From positions 310,001 through 374,000 of the forward strand of contig JAPEUD010000017.1 of the NCBI GenBank assembly GCA_026026165.1: a stretch of 64,000 bases of DNA, in the 5' to 3' direction. Source of the stretch: Sarea resinae. Taxonomy: Eukaryota. Positions 13,401 through 25,700 of this stretch are shown here, piece by piece (positions within the stretch are counted from its first letter, which is position 1; each line of letters begins with the position of its first letter). The notes below the pieces were generated by a model, which was not told where the DNA came from, did no database searches, and saw only the letters and a program-made list of their open reading frames with translations. Both the position numbers and the translations under genes were made by a program.

Positions 13401-16347
13401 AGCTTCCCATGAAGACTTCAAGGAAAGTAGTTCGCGCAACAGAACTAGACTTGTCTAAGGTTGATATCGTTAGTCGGTGACTATCAATGCTTGTGATCTT
13501 ACTCACCATCGCTATTGCTAAAAATATCTAGCAGAACTTGCACAATGTCAGAGTTAAGTAATTCAGAGCTCGTGATGCTTTCCAAAGCGTCCCCATCAAA
13601 GAATTTTGCCAAACGGACGAACAAGTCAGTCCCACCGTCACCATTAGAACCTAGATAGCAGGCTTTGATGTCCTGCGCCAAGCTCCGCAAGTCATTCAGG
13701 ATTTTTGCTGCCTTGTTCCGCATGGCATTTCCATGATCGCCCTTCTCGTGCAGCTCAAGAAAGCGCTTGGCACGCATAGCAATGAAGTCTTGAACTTCTG
13801 AGTCGTGCTGTGGGACAGGATAATTCCGCTCGGAAGAAGCTGATGAGCTCTGTGAAGCAGAGAGATCTTCGTTTATGTCATCTTGATCATCTTCGTCCGC
13901 GTCATCCTCTGAGCGGTCATCTTCGTGATTCTGAGTCACTGAATGTTGAGTCTCGGGCTTTTTACTGGACCCAGAAGCTTCGCCGATGTTCTGGAGTGCA
14001 TCTTTGGGGCTGGTCGCGGCTTTGATCTCTTTCGCCTTGTCTTCGATTTTCTTCAACGGGGGATCAGCAAGCTTAGCGATTTCGGCCATTACACCTTCTC
14101 TGTAAAATTGATAGCGGTAAATCGTTTCAAGACGTTTAAGGAGGAGTTCAGCCGCCTGTAGTGCATAGCTGACCAACGACGGGTGGTCTTGCTGAGAGAG
14201 GATTGAAGCCAGGTATGAAGCATACGGTACAGGAGCAAGAGCGGCTTCGAGGATGCCGGAGTCGAAATTAGATAGAATTTTCAGCTGAGCGGTAAGTACC
14301 TTCTGGCGAACACTCAGGTTGACCGTGCTAGAGTAAGCATCTGTAAGGGTGGGCAACAATATAGTGGCGAATCGCTTCAGCTCTGGTTTGCATTTCTCGA
14401 GCAGCTCGATCCTCTTCTTGTTCTTGGACTTCTTCACCTTTGACGAGCCCGGAGTTGGAGTCGAGTCGTCTTCCATATCATCGCCGTCAAAAATATCATC
14501 TAAGTAAGAAAGACCGTCTCGCGAAATGCCTGGAAGTAGTTCGCAAATGACATTGAGCGTTTCAAATATTTGTTCTCTCGGTCTGTGGATTAACGCCTGC
14601 ATGATGACAACGCTATCGATCTTTGATGCCAAGTCATCAGTGCCATTTGGCGGGGATACTCCGGTGAGAATCTGATAGAGAGTATCCACGACATTCATCT
14701 TGAAAAGTTCGACAGACAGAGTAGGACTCGCTCTCGCGGTGATTGCCAAGACACGCAGGAACTGAGTATGTATGTTTGGCCCTATCAGATTAGTCGTTCC
14801 CGGCAGTAACAAGCCGAGTATTGCTCGTAATAGATCCCCGCTGACGAGTTCTTCAAGCTTGTCTGGACGATATTTGAAACTCTCAATGACCCTAGAGACA
14901 CACAAGCACCCTTGCTCCACCACTTTCTGGTCGCTGCTGCTCAAAACATTGAGGAGTATGGGCATGACGTCCCTTATTACGGGGAAAGAATCCTCTGGGA
15001 TATTCCTGCAGCAGTTGGCAGCAGTGGTAACGGCCGTACGCTGAGTGCTTGTAGCAAAAAAGTCGAGGTAGGTCAAGCAAGCCGTCAAGCCGCCCTCGCG
15101 AACGATCGAGGCTGGGAATTCAACGGATATTTTTTCAAGCGTCTAGGACCTGATTAGTGGGTAATGTGATAGATTAAAGGTAGTTGACGTACGCTCAACG
15201 CTTGCTCCGCAAGGTCAATGAAATGGATTTCAAGTAGTTTCTGGCAGAGGATAGGGACCGCTCCACCGTACACAACATTTGCTGTGGAAGAAGGAAGAGC
15301 CTCCATGAGGTTTGCTATGCATCGACATGCAAGAAGCATCATTTCGGGGTTCTCGTCTCCGAAATCATTCGGCTGCATTAGCGTAACAAGCTCTTTCACA
15401 AACTGGTCTGGAGAGAAGTGCCCGGATAGATTATCCTCGGTAGAGACTAGTAGGATCTCAGACAATTCTTGAAGGGCAATCAGCTGCAATGAAGGATCAT
15501 CCTTTTGTTTCAAGTTGTTCAGTATTTCCCGAAGACGAGTGGACATCCCGGACATCATGCCACTGAGAGCACGAAGCGTGCTCGAGAGACCTAATGGAGG
15601 GCCACCTGGCCCACCCAAGTAGCTGCTCTCAAATGGGTCGTCGTCGTCGTCGTCATCCTCCTCAGCAAACTGCCGAGCGAGATGTTCCTCGGGATCCTCA
15701 TCACTTTGTTCGGCTCCAGACTGCTCATCTTTGTCTTCAGCCACAGATTCTTCGGCCTTCTCATCTGCATCCTTCATGGCAACATCCGAGTCTCTCTTGC
15801 TACTTGTTCTTCGAGTACGTCTAGCCGAGGTTGTAGGAACTGGAGTAGCTGCATCTGATGGTAGTCAGCAGAAGGGACAAAGAAGGGATTATTCAGCCGA
15901 GTCACAAACCTTGTGTAGGCTTCTTACTACGACTCGACTTTCGTTTGGAAGTACCAGCAGCAGCAGCAGCAATCTCCTCCGAGGGCCCAGGATTGTTACT
16001 ATGGCAGAGTCAGCATGACGGTCATAGCCTTGAGTCGAGAGTCCAAGTTCCTACCCGGTAGAGGACATGGCCGATGACGGCTTTCCCTTCTTTCGGTGAG
16101 ATGGGGGAGGCGGGGGCGGTGGCGGGTCTGATGCAGAAACTCGTTGCCGCTTCGTCCGTCTCGGAGGAGGTGAGGCTTGGACGGGCTCTGGACTGATGTC
16201 TGGGTTTGGATCTTTTGCAGCTGCAGTCTTGCGTTTCCGAGTTGCTGGAGGAGGCCGAGTGACGTTGGATGCCACCGACGGAGCTGGCGGGGGAGGATTC
16301 GGATCTGCTGCGAGTCTCGCCGACGAGCGAGTGACTCTGGAAGACAT
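10484..16347 (-). CDS. UFD4: HECT E3 ubiquitin ligase Ufd4/TRIP12 family, multi-exon
   Basis: ARM-like region ([29 protein letters not shown]) and [49 protein letters not shown], and catalytic [14 protein letters not shown]...GAFHLS*. Confidence 0.95.
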
Positions 16348-18070
16348 GAGAGTCAATCTCTATTGGCAAGTCCAAACACCATCTAGAACGGCAGAACGGG
16401 AGATCAGGCTGATGAGGCTGGATGACTGAAGATGTGCAAGCTTGAAGCAGCGAGATGGAGGATGTGTTCGCTGCTGTGGCTGACGACGTGGGATGTAGGT
16501 AGATGAGGTAGACAGGTAGACAGGTAGACAAGAAGCAGGACGGGTGTGATCTACCTAGGGAGTGTAACAGAGGAAGAGGTCGAAGTAGAAGATGGAGTGT
16601 CAAACAGTGAGTCGACCGAGGGTTCGGAAGTGGAATTGGTGGAAGCAGCTCTTCGCTTGGGTTGACGAACGGGTCGCTCCATAGACATATGGGACTGCAG
16701 CGCCTCAGGTCACCGCCATACGGGAGGCGGCAAGTCGAAGTGAAGGAGTGACGGGTGGGTATAGATGAAACTCGGATCTGATTAGATGAGAGGTTGACGG
16801 TGAAGGTCGAGGGCAGTGGGAGAGGACATCTGGTGATGGCAGTATCACCTACGCAAGGCCCTCTTGGTGTTGCGTGTGCGTGTGCGTGTGAGTGTGAGTG
16901 AGGATGATCAGTAAGGTAGTAACGTTGCGGTGTCCAGGTCGGCGGAAGGTTAGAGGGCTAGACGGATGGAGGTGTGCCAGCATTCACGGCGACCGATCTG
17001 AACGGACCGGCAAGTCACGTCGCCAACCGTAGTCGACCGTAGTCTCTCCCTGTCCCCTGTCCCGATAAACGCCCCAAGACCCATCCAGGCAGGCGTCTAT
17101 CGTTATCCGTAACTGCACTGCGCTACCCGATCTTATCAGCACTCCGGGCTGAAATTGGCATTCGCTGCTTGCCCTAAGCCCGAGCGTGCTCTACCTTCTG
17201 CCATCACCATTTTGCCTACTCCGTAGAGGCCCACGATATAGATTGACACCTAAAGCACCAACAGTCTTGCGAATATAGTGTTGACAGACCAATCAAAGGC
17301 TCTTGTAAGGAGCCCATGGCTTCTTTTCCGTTTTCAACTCACGAAAAAGATAGTCAGGGCCTAGACAAGTCACAGATTCGACCTGACACTTATTCTTTTC
17401 ACCATCGTCCTCAATTAAAACAAAAAGACGTGTTGCTAACTACGACGAAACCCCTAAGATGCTGGATTATGTGTACCGAGGCTCATATCATCACTCCTCA
17501 AGAACATGCAGCACTGATCCAAGGTGCAGAGAAAGGAGTAGAGAATCATTCAGATTGGAAGCACTCAATACGCCCCCCCACCAGATATTTTGATGCCTAT
17601 CTCATCGGTCCGTCCGAGTGCTAGGGGGTGGTGAGCTTAGGGTACCTAAGGGTAAGGGGAGTTCGGTTGGGGATCGCCATTATTTCTCGCTCGGAGCGGC
17701 GGCAGTATCTTTCTTGTTCAGGGCTTTCCCGTTCGGCTGCGGTAAAGTAAGCAGACCCTGTAGATCTTGCTGTTAAAAAGAACAGAACCTTCAAATCTGG
17801 GACAACTTCCAGGTGCTAAGCCATATCATATATGCGGAAGTATCGAAAACCATGGATCTAAGTGTCAGAAGGGTGAAATTTGCTGGGTACTAGTTACCTA
17901 ATAGTAGGTATCTAAAATACTTATTATTAACCAAGATGACTCTCAGTAATTGCTTTTTGGGATATGCAACATTATGCGTCGTCAAAGTGCTATTTCACAT
18001 GTAGACATATGTACGAAGATATAAAGGGCATTGTATTAAGTAGGAACTTGAGTGAAGTCTTCGAAAGTCT

Positions 18071-19984
18071 TCAAAGGACCTTTACCTTCATCCACTCCGA
18101 CGTGCCAACACCGAGGTTCAAGCCATTGCGCGCCCACCAGGCCCGAACTTTTTCCTCGCCCAGCCCGCCAAGGGAGTCTTCCAGCGCCTCTTCGATATCA
18201 CATGTCTTATACTCAACCTTGAATCCAGACGTCTTCCACCACTCGAGCACATTGCTGTGACCATTCTTGGTAGGGCCTACCAGCACCTGATTGTCGTAGA
18301 TCATCTTTTCCCCCTTTAGTTCTTTCCACAACTGCAAGACACTGACGTGCCCATATGTGGATGCAATTTTGGCCACGGTTTCCTCGTGCGCATAAGGGAT
18401 CCCACTCTCGTCCCACCATCGCACCGTTTCTGCTTGACCCGTTTGTGCTGCGAAACATATTGATTTGCCTACTTTGAGTCGTAATGGACCGCCATATGTG
18501 CTTCCCTCATCATATGAAGGATCAATATTCGTGCTTGACTGAGGGGGATTTGAGGTTGGAGGTCGGATGGCGGTGATACTGGTTGCTCCACTGCGGCTTA
18601 TGCCATACTTTGACGAATCCGACTCGATATGGTAACTCCCTTGATGCATGCTTGCGCCCTTCCACCAGTCTAAGACCTCGATATTACCTTTGGAGCTGGC
18701 CTGTTCCAGTGCCGCTTCAGTGTATCGCATTGGGAGCCCACTTTTGCGCCACCAGTCTAGAACATGTATGAACCCGGCCTTGCTGGCGAGGTCGACAGCC
18801 TCGGGCGTATATTCTCTTGTGAGAAAGGAAGGCGACGTTCGCCACCATTCTAGGACCTCGACTTTGCCAAACACCGCGCTGGATTTGGTTGGAATCAAAG
18901 TGTGACCGAAAGTGGCCCAGAAAAGGTCCTTGTAATTGCTTTCGAGAAATGAGAGCAGCGACGTCCAGGAAAATTTGATAATCAATTTGACACAGAGGCG
19001 AGAGAGGTAAGAAGGTGTTGGTCCAGATTTGAGTTTGGCGGCAACATCTTCGAGCGTGCCTGTAAGGATTGTCATCTCGAGATCTTTCATGAAGTCTTGA
19101 GACTCGTCGAGGTCGGGCGGTCGTTGCCATTCCGGAGGGGTGGGAATGTTGGTGTAGATTCCTAGAGCCCTGGAAACCTCCCAGTCCCCTAGAAAATCCA
19201 GAATGATTGTCCATATCTCAGGAGGAAGCTTGAGCTTAGTCTGACGATCTTGCGCCGTGCCATTGAACGCTGCACCCATTGCCAGGTCGACGTCCTGACC
19301 GATAGTCATTAGGTCGACTTGATTCCGCATGGCCTCAATGAGCTCATCCATCCAGTCCCAGCTAAGTATCTTCTTCTCGGTCTGACCGCGTCTTGACTCG
19401 TAATGCCATAAGACTGGCTGTAACACACGAACCCAATTCCACTTCCGTCGGACTTTGTTGAGTTGTTCTTTGGTCATCGGATTCTCCCACATCAATGTAG
19501 ACATTCCTGGCACCATGAGGATCTTCTTAGAGACATCCCAACTTCGAAGCAACTCAAGTAATAGGTTATCTGTAATTCCATACAACATCTTCGCAAAAGT
19601 ATTGGCATCAATGGGCGCAAGAATGAGTAAGTCGGCCCATTCACTGAGTGTGGCGGCCTCCTCATGGATGAACTCGGCAACCGTGGTGTCGTGATGTTCA
19701 GCGATGCTCCCAAAAGTAACGTTACGGGAGATGAAGTGTCTTCCGAGCTCGGAAGACACATCCTCCCGAGCATCATGATCCAATATCCACTGGAGAGAGA
19801 GATTTCCCTGTTTCGCAAGCCGCCGGACGAGCTTTTCAGCAAACTCCACGGCTGATGGGCCGGTCGAAGCTACAAGGACACGAAGTTTTCGAGGGACATC
19901 TGCTGACTGCATATCGGGTAGGGAGATGGTAGAGTGCGTGCGAGACGCGTTGAGGTGCAGAGGATGGATTATCGGCGCTGCCAT
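18071..19984 (-). CDS. HFCD (Hal3/PPC-decarboxylase-like) flavoprotein domain + F-box-like motif + short ankyrin-like repeats
   Basis: Intronless 637-aa ORF. RVLVASTG; WADLLILAPIDANTFAKMLYGITDNLL; RSWDVSKKILMVPGMSTLMWENP; LPPEIWTIILDFL; repeated A-S/A-x-x-G-x-x-x-V-L-x-W-W units. Confidence 0.85.
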   Translation of the reverse strand: MAAPIIHPLHLNASRTHSTISLPDMQSADVPRKLRVLVASTGPSAVEFAEKLVRRLAKQGNLSLQWILDHDAREDVSSELGRHFISRNVTFGSIAEHHDTTVAEFIHEEAATLSEWADLLILAPIDANTFAKMLYGITDNLLLELLRSWDVSKKILMVPGMSTLMWENPMTKEQLNKVRRKWNWVRVLQPVLWHYESRRGQTEKKILSWDWMDELIEAMRNQVDLMTIGQDVDLAMGAAFNGTAQDRQTKLKLPPEIWTIILDFLGDWEVSRALGIYTNIPTPPEWQRPPDLDESQDFMKDLEMTILTGTLEDVAAKLKSGPTPSYLSRLCVKLIIKFSWTSLLSFLESNYKDLFWATFGHTLIPTKSSAVFGKVEVLEWWRTSPSFLTREYTPEAVDLASKAGFIHVLDWWRKSGLPMRYTEAALEQASSKGNIEVLDWWKGASMHQGSYHIESDSSKYGISRSGATSITAIRPPTSNPPQSSTNIDPSYDEGSTYGGPLRLKVGKSICFAAQTGQAETVRWWDESGIPYAHEETVAKIASTYGHVSVLQLWKELKGEKMIYDNQVLVGPTKNGHSNVLEWWKTSGFKVEYKTCDIEEALEDSLGGLGEEKVRAWWARNGLNLGVGTSEWMKVKVL

Positions 19985-22703
19985 GGCGAACTTCTCGCAG
20001 TATAGCTAAAATCTATCGAGGTATGGAATGCCCTACTCAATCATTAGCTGAAGGTCATGAGAAAGGCCACATATTTCCACTGCTGACGAAGTGCTGCAAG
20101 CCTCATGCGATCCTTGCACATGCCGACTCTCGTAAGGGATTGAATTCTTTGGCGGGGACGCTGGAGTGTGGAAGAGACAACAGCCTCGAAGAGGTAAATT
20201 TACATACTTATTGGTTCGCTGCCAACACCGATTCGCGACAGGAGTTCCAACTAGACCGCTGTCGATTGTCTATCGACTGATTCTGGTCCACCCAAGGGTA
20301 TCATGCAGCTCAGCATAAGACGGTCTGTCCGATGAAGGGTGAAGCTGTCGGAGGTCCCATTGGAAGTATGCGCGATGTGCTGGTCAGGCACATGAAATGA
20401 ATACTAAGGTAGGTATGGATATTCAAAACCTCAGACCGCCTGGTACGAGAGCAGTGTCTACTATCTGAGACTGTAGAGGTACTTATTGTCTACCATTGAC
20501 TCATCGGGCAGCACAGGTACCTTCGTAGTACTCTATAGGTAGTTGTCTCACGGTACGGAGATGATTTAATCTTTTCAAACGGCAATCGAACGTACCTTAT
20601 TTGAGGGACGCACGTATTCTAGTTCACACATCTCAGCACAGAGTAAGGTAGTTGAAAGAAGCTGTTCCCCATCAACTTTGCTAGAGGGTGCTGGCTGATG
20701 ACATTTCTCCAGCACTCTCTATAGCCACCCTGTGCGAGGAACAATGCGTCCGAATACCTCATGAAGCAGAAGCTCACAAGTATGTTCGTTCGGAAGGACC
20801 ATCTGGACAAATTTTCGAGGTCATGATCATATCCGGAAACTCGTCATGATTTTGGTTTGAAGAAATCGGTCTTGTCCCAACGGAATCGTCATTGTCTCTG
20901 GTCTCCAGGAGTGTCATGTTCCAATGAATATTGGGGATTAATTACCCTTGGGGTTCCCCAAGGGGGTTTTCAGCCCTAGGGCGAATCACGCACTACGAAG
21001 TATCTAATATTGCCTTATGGTGGATGCCTCATGAAGAAGCAACGCCCGAGAGTGGCGTCAAGTAGCAGCAGCACACACGTGATGCACGCGTAGCACCCCA
21101 GTCTCCAGGACATTCAAGTGGGGGCGATGATAATGTACCTACCTTTCTATCCGCTGCCATCTTTTCAAATGAAGAAGAAAGTTCGGAGTGGAGAGGCGAT
21201 GCAACTACTTTGCAGTGCTCCGGAGTAATCCATGATCTGGACATTCGCCACACCATCAGCCACACCTTGAGCACGGATACCGCAGTCGATTCAATGCATG
21301 TTGAGATCATATAGCATGATGATGATGTCAAGAGGAGAGGCAAGTTACTAGGTAGGTAGCTTAGTGAGGTGAGTAAGGTAGCCCGAGGAGGTATTTCAGG
21401 TCGAATTAGATAGAAGAGGAACTTTTCACCTACTAGTAGGTACTGAGGTACTGAGGTACTAAGGTGACAGCCCTACTCAGAGTACCTTACGAAGTACTCC
21501 ATGGTCTACTCGGTACCTACAGAGTGCATGTTGAGGTAGGTACGTACCTGTGTTGGAGCAAGTACTTCATACCTACCGAAGGCAAGTCATGTACTCTGTA
21601 GCTGTATCGGGGAGTGGGGTGTGTACCTTGGGTACTTTGTACAGAGTAAGGCACTAAAGACATGATGGGAATTTGCGTCAGTTCGGCAAGGAGCAAGGAG
21701 CAAGACGGTAAAGGCAACGCGAAAAGCAGGGGATTCGAAGCGAATTGCAGATGAGCGTGTGAAAAGTGGATGGAAATGGGACGGAGAAGGGGCTTTCCAT
21801 GACTTCTCCACCTTCAAGTATCTTGCCCTCGGGCTACTACCTACCTAGTACTCTGCCTCGACTCATAGTACAGGAACTACTACCCGTAGCAGATGGTCTA
21901 GTCGGGTCTTTTCCTCAGGGGGGCTGCCTTTCAGGAAATACCCGACATCCATCAAGATGCGCCCTGGGGGGATCTGATCCCCATGGCTGCGGTACTACTG
22001 TGAGTAGAGTAAAGTACAGACGCTCATCTCCCTCCCCCATCACCATTCCCGCCTTATGACCACCAGAGTGAGCAACCTTGAAGGCACCGATAGGGTACTA
22101 GGTATGATACGGATCTGAGAGACCTCAGGACGAGTAGGGTAACTTGCGGGAGTTTCGAGTCTCGACTACTCCGTACTCTTCTCCGTACTCTTCTCATCTG
22201 AGTCTGCGTCCTCTCCCCAAAGACTGGCCAAGGTATATGTGTAGAGGGAATGATTGGGAAGTGTTTGCTCGAGGGCTCCATCGCTCAAGAAACGTCTCCT
22301 GTAGGCAGTCTCCACTGGGCGCACACACACACACGATCGGATTTCAGACTTGACTTCCTTCCAACTTACCTTACCTTACTGCTTTCCTAGTAGAACCGAC
22401 TACGGCCCACAAAGGCTGTACCTCCCTTCGAATTCGACACTCCCGCGGTCGTGTCAGTCACCCTCCACATACCACGGGACCCTCGGACCTGTTACCGTGC
22501 TACATAGTACGCTCTCGTCCATCCGAGTCAACTTCATCAACACCACCTACGCTCTTCGTTCGAGTCCCGTACCACAAATATTGCTTGACCTCTGGCCTCT
22601 TTTCGCGGCCTTTCGGCCGCTTCCACGGTCCCTGCCGGCCAACAATAACGCACCCCAATCGCACGTCGCAAGAGTTACAAGGCAAGAGGGACTTTGATCA
22701 AAC

Positions 22704-25700
22704 ATGCCCGACGACGACCTCCAACCGTCGTCTGGTCTATCACAACCCGATCATGTAGACCAGAGGCCGCTCGGGTTGGGGTTGCGTGGCGATGAAGTTT
22801 CACCAGAGGACACCCTAGATCCGCAAGCCACGGATCCAACAATCGACACGCCGGAGGCACCGTCCGACACTACCCACAGACCAGTGCCCCGCACTGCCGG
22901 CCAAGAAGACCCCCCTCCTCCATCACCAGCAGTATCAGAGCTCTCTGCCAGCCAATCCAGGTCAATGGCATCGGACAGAGTCTTCCCGATTCGGTCCGTT
23001 ATCAAGGTCGACCCAAACTTGAAGCCCCATGTTTATCCGGACACTGCAAACGCCGAAGAATCTCCGTTTGACGACTCTAGTCGTCACTCGAGTAGGTCGC
23101 GACCATCGCAGAGCCCTGGTCGGCGAAAGCCTTCTCGATCAGAAGTCGATATGCCGCCGAGGCCGCATAAGCCAAGATCTTCCTCTCGGAGAGGATCAGC
23201 TTCTACGGTTAGCCACAGAGGCAGACCAGAAAACCCACGGCCTCTTGAGATAAACACAGACTCTGCGTCCACGAAATCTGAGCGCATGGATAGCGCCGGT
23301 AGCCGCCAGGGTTCTTCTCATGCAAGCTCCGTCAAGAGTCCTCGTTCCGCAAAAGATTCTGATACTGGTGATCTTTACACCTCACGATTCAAACACGTTC
23401 TCACCGAAGAAGGGCACGCCGTGATCACTGGTCGCGACGGGGACAGGTTGCAACGGTGTGAAGATGAGCCTATTCACATACCAGGAGCTATTCAGGGCTT
23501 CGGCGTATTAGTAGCGCTCCAAGAAGAGGGTGAGGGAAAGTTGGTTGTGCGAGTCGTCAGCGAAAATTCAAAGCGACTGCTAGGGCATACGCCAAGGCAG
23601 CTCTTCGAGCTCGAAAGCTTCAGTGAAATTTTCTCGGACGAACAGGCTGATAATCTCTTTGATCATATCGACTTCATTCGAGACGATGACGTTGATCCCG
23701 CCACTAATGGGCCAGAGGTTTTCACCATATCGATCAAGATTCCACATCGAAGGTCACAAAAATTATGGTGCGCTATGCACGTCAACGAAGCGGATCCGAG
23801 TCTTATTATATGTGAATTTGAGCTCGAGGATGACCAGCTGTATCCTTTAGTTCCCGCCGAAAATGAGACGCCGCAGCCGCCGCAGGATACGTTGGACAGT
23901 ACTCCGACCGAGGAGGAGTACACAGAAAGTACGGAGAACATTAGCAAGCCGCTTCGAGTGCTCCGAAGCGCTAGGAAACGGAGGGGAGAAGCAGCGGCAA
24001 TGGAAGTGTTCAACATCTTATCCCAAGTACAGGAGCAACTTGCTGGCGCGCCCAACTTAGAGAAGTTCTTGAAGATCCTCGTTGGTGTCGTCAAAGAGTT
24101 GACAGGCTTCCATCGTGTCATGATCTATCAATTTGATCAGAGCTTCAACGGCAAAGTTGTGACCGAGCTTGTAGATCCTCGGGCTACGAAAGATCTATAT
24201 CATGGTTTGCACTTCCCGGCATCTGATATACCAAAGCAGGCCCGAGACATGTACAAGGTTAACAAAGTTCGCCTCCTCTACGACAGGGATCAAGAGACGT
24301 CAAGACTGGTCTGCCGTACGGTTGAGGACTTAGAAAGTCCGCTAGATCTCACTTATGCATATCTCAGGGCTATGTCTCCCATACACATCAAGTACTTGGG
24401 CAACATGGCAGTACGGTCCTCAATGTCCATATCGATCAATGCTTTCAACGAGCTTTGGGGGCTTGTCTCGTGTCACGCTTATGGCTCGAAAGGCACGCGC
24501 GTTTCGTTCCCCATACGCAAGATGTGTCGTCTAGTAGGAGATGCAGCTTCCAGGAACATTGAGAGGCTATCTTATGCTTCGCGTCTTCAAGCCCGGAAAC
24601 TCATCAACACGGCTCCTACCGAAAAAAACCCTTCTGGCTACATCATAGCTTCATCAAACGATTTGCTCAAGCTTTTCGATGCTGATTTTGGCCTCCTGTG
24701 CATCAAGGATGAGACGAAGATACTTGGCAAGATCGACGAGTCACAAGAGCTTCTGGTCATGTTGGAGTATCTTCGAATGCGCAAGTTCACATCCGTTATG
24801 ACTTGCAATGACATTAATGAGGAATTCCCCGATCTCAAATACTCACCAGGATTCAAGTTGCTTGCCGGACTACTCGTCGTTCCTTTATCTGTGGGAGGCT
24901 ATGATTTCATCGTCTTCTTTCGAAGGGGTCAGTTGAAGGAAGTTAAATGGGCCGGTAATCCTTATGAGAAGTTTATCAGACAGGGAACAGAAGGCTACCT
25001 GGAACCTCGAAAGAGCTTCAAAACCTGGCGTGAGACTGTCGTTGGAAAATGTCGGGAGTGGACAGAAGATCAGATCGAAACCGCGGCGGTCCTTTGTCTG
25101 GTCTATGGAAAATTCATTGAAGTCTGGAGGCAAAAAGAGAAGGCGATGCAGAACAGTCAGCTCACAAGAATTCTGCTTGCCAACTCTGCGCACGAAGTCC
25201 GAACGCCGCTCAACGCTATCATCAACTACCTTGAGATTGCCTTGGAAGGAGCCGTGGATTCAGAGACACGAGACAATCTTCTGAAATCTCACTCTGCGTC
25301 TAAATCTCTGATATACGTCATCAACGATCTTCTAGACCTGACCAGGACAGAAAATGGCAATGATCTCATCCGAGACGAGGCTTTTGAACTGATGGCGACA
25401 GTCAGAGAAGCCGTAGGTATGTTCAGTGGTGATGCCAAACGGAAGAATATCGACTACGACCTGGTTGAGCATCCAGGCCTTCCACATATAGTTATTGGAG
25501 ATCAGCGCCGGGTCCGTCAGGTCGTTTCAAACGTGACGGCAAATGCCATCCAGCACACCTCTCAAGGAGGTGTGAAAATTGAGATATGGCAAGCTTCGCG
25601 GATAGCAAATCGGGCGGAGATTGAGATCTCAATTCAGGATACTGGAGTAGGTATGTCGAACAAGAAGCTTGATGCCTTGTTTAGAGAGTTGGAGCAAGTG

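Noticed and set aside
17316..17624. 102-aa ORF between UFD4 and the flavoprotein gene
   Set aside because: No motif or splice support; probably chance.
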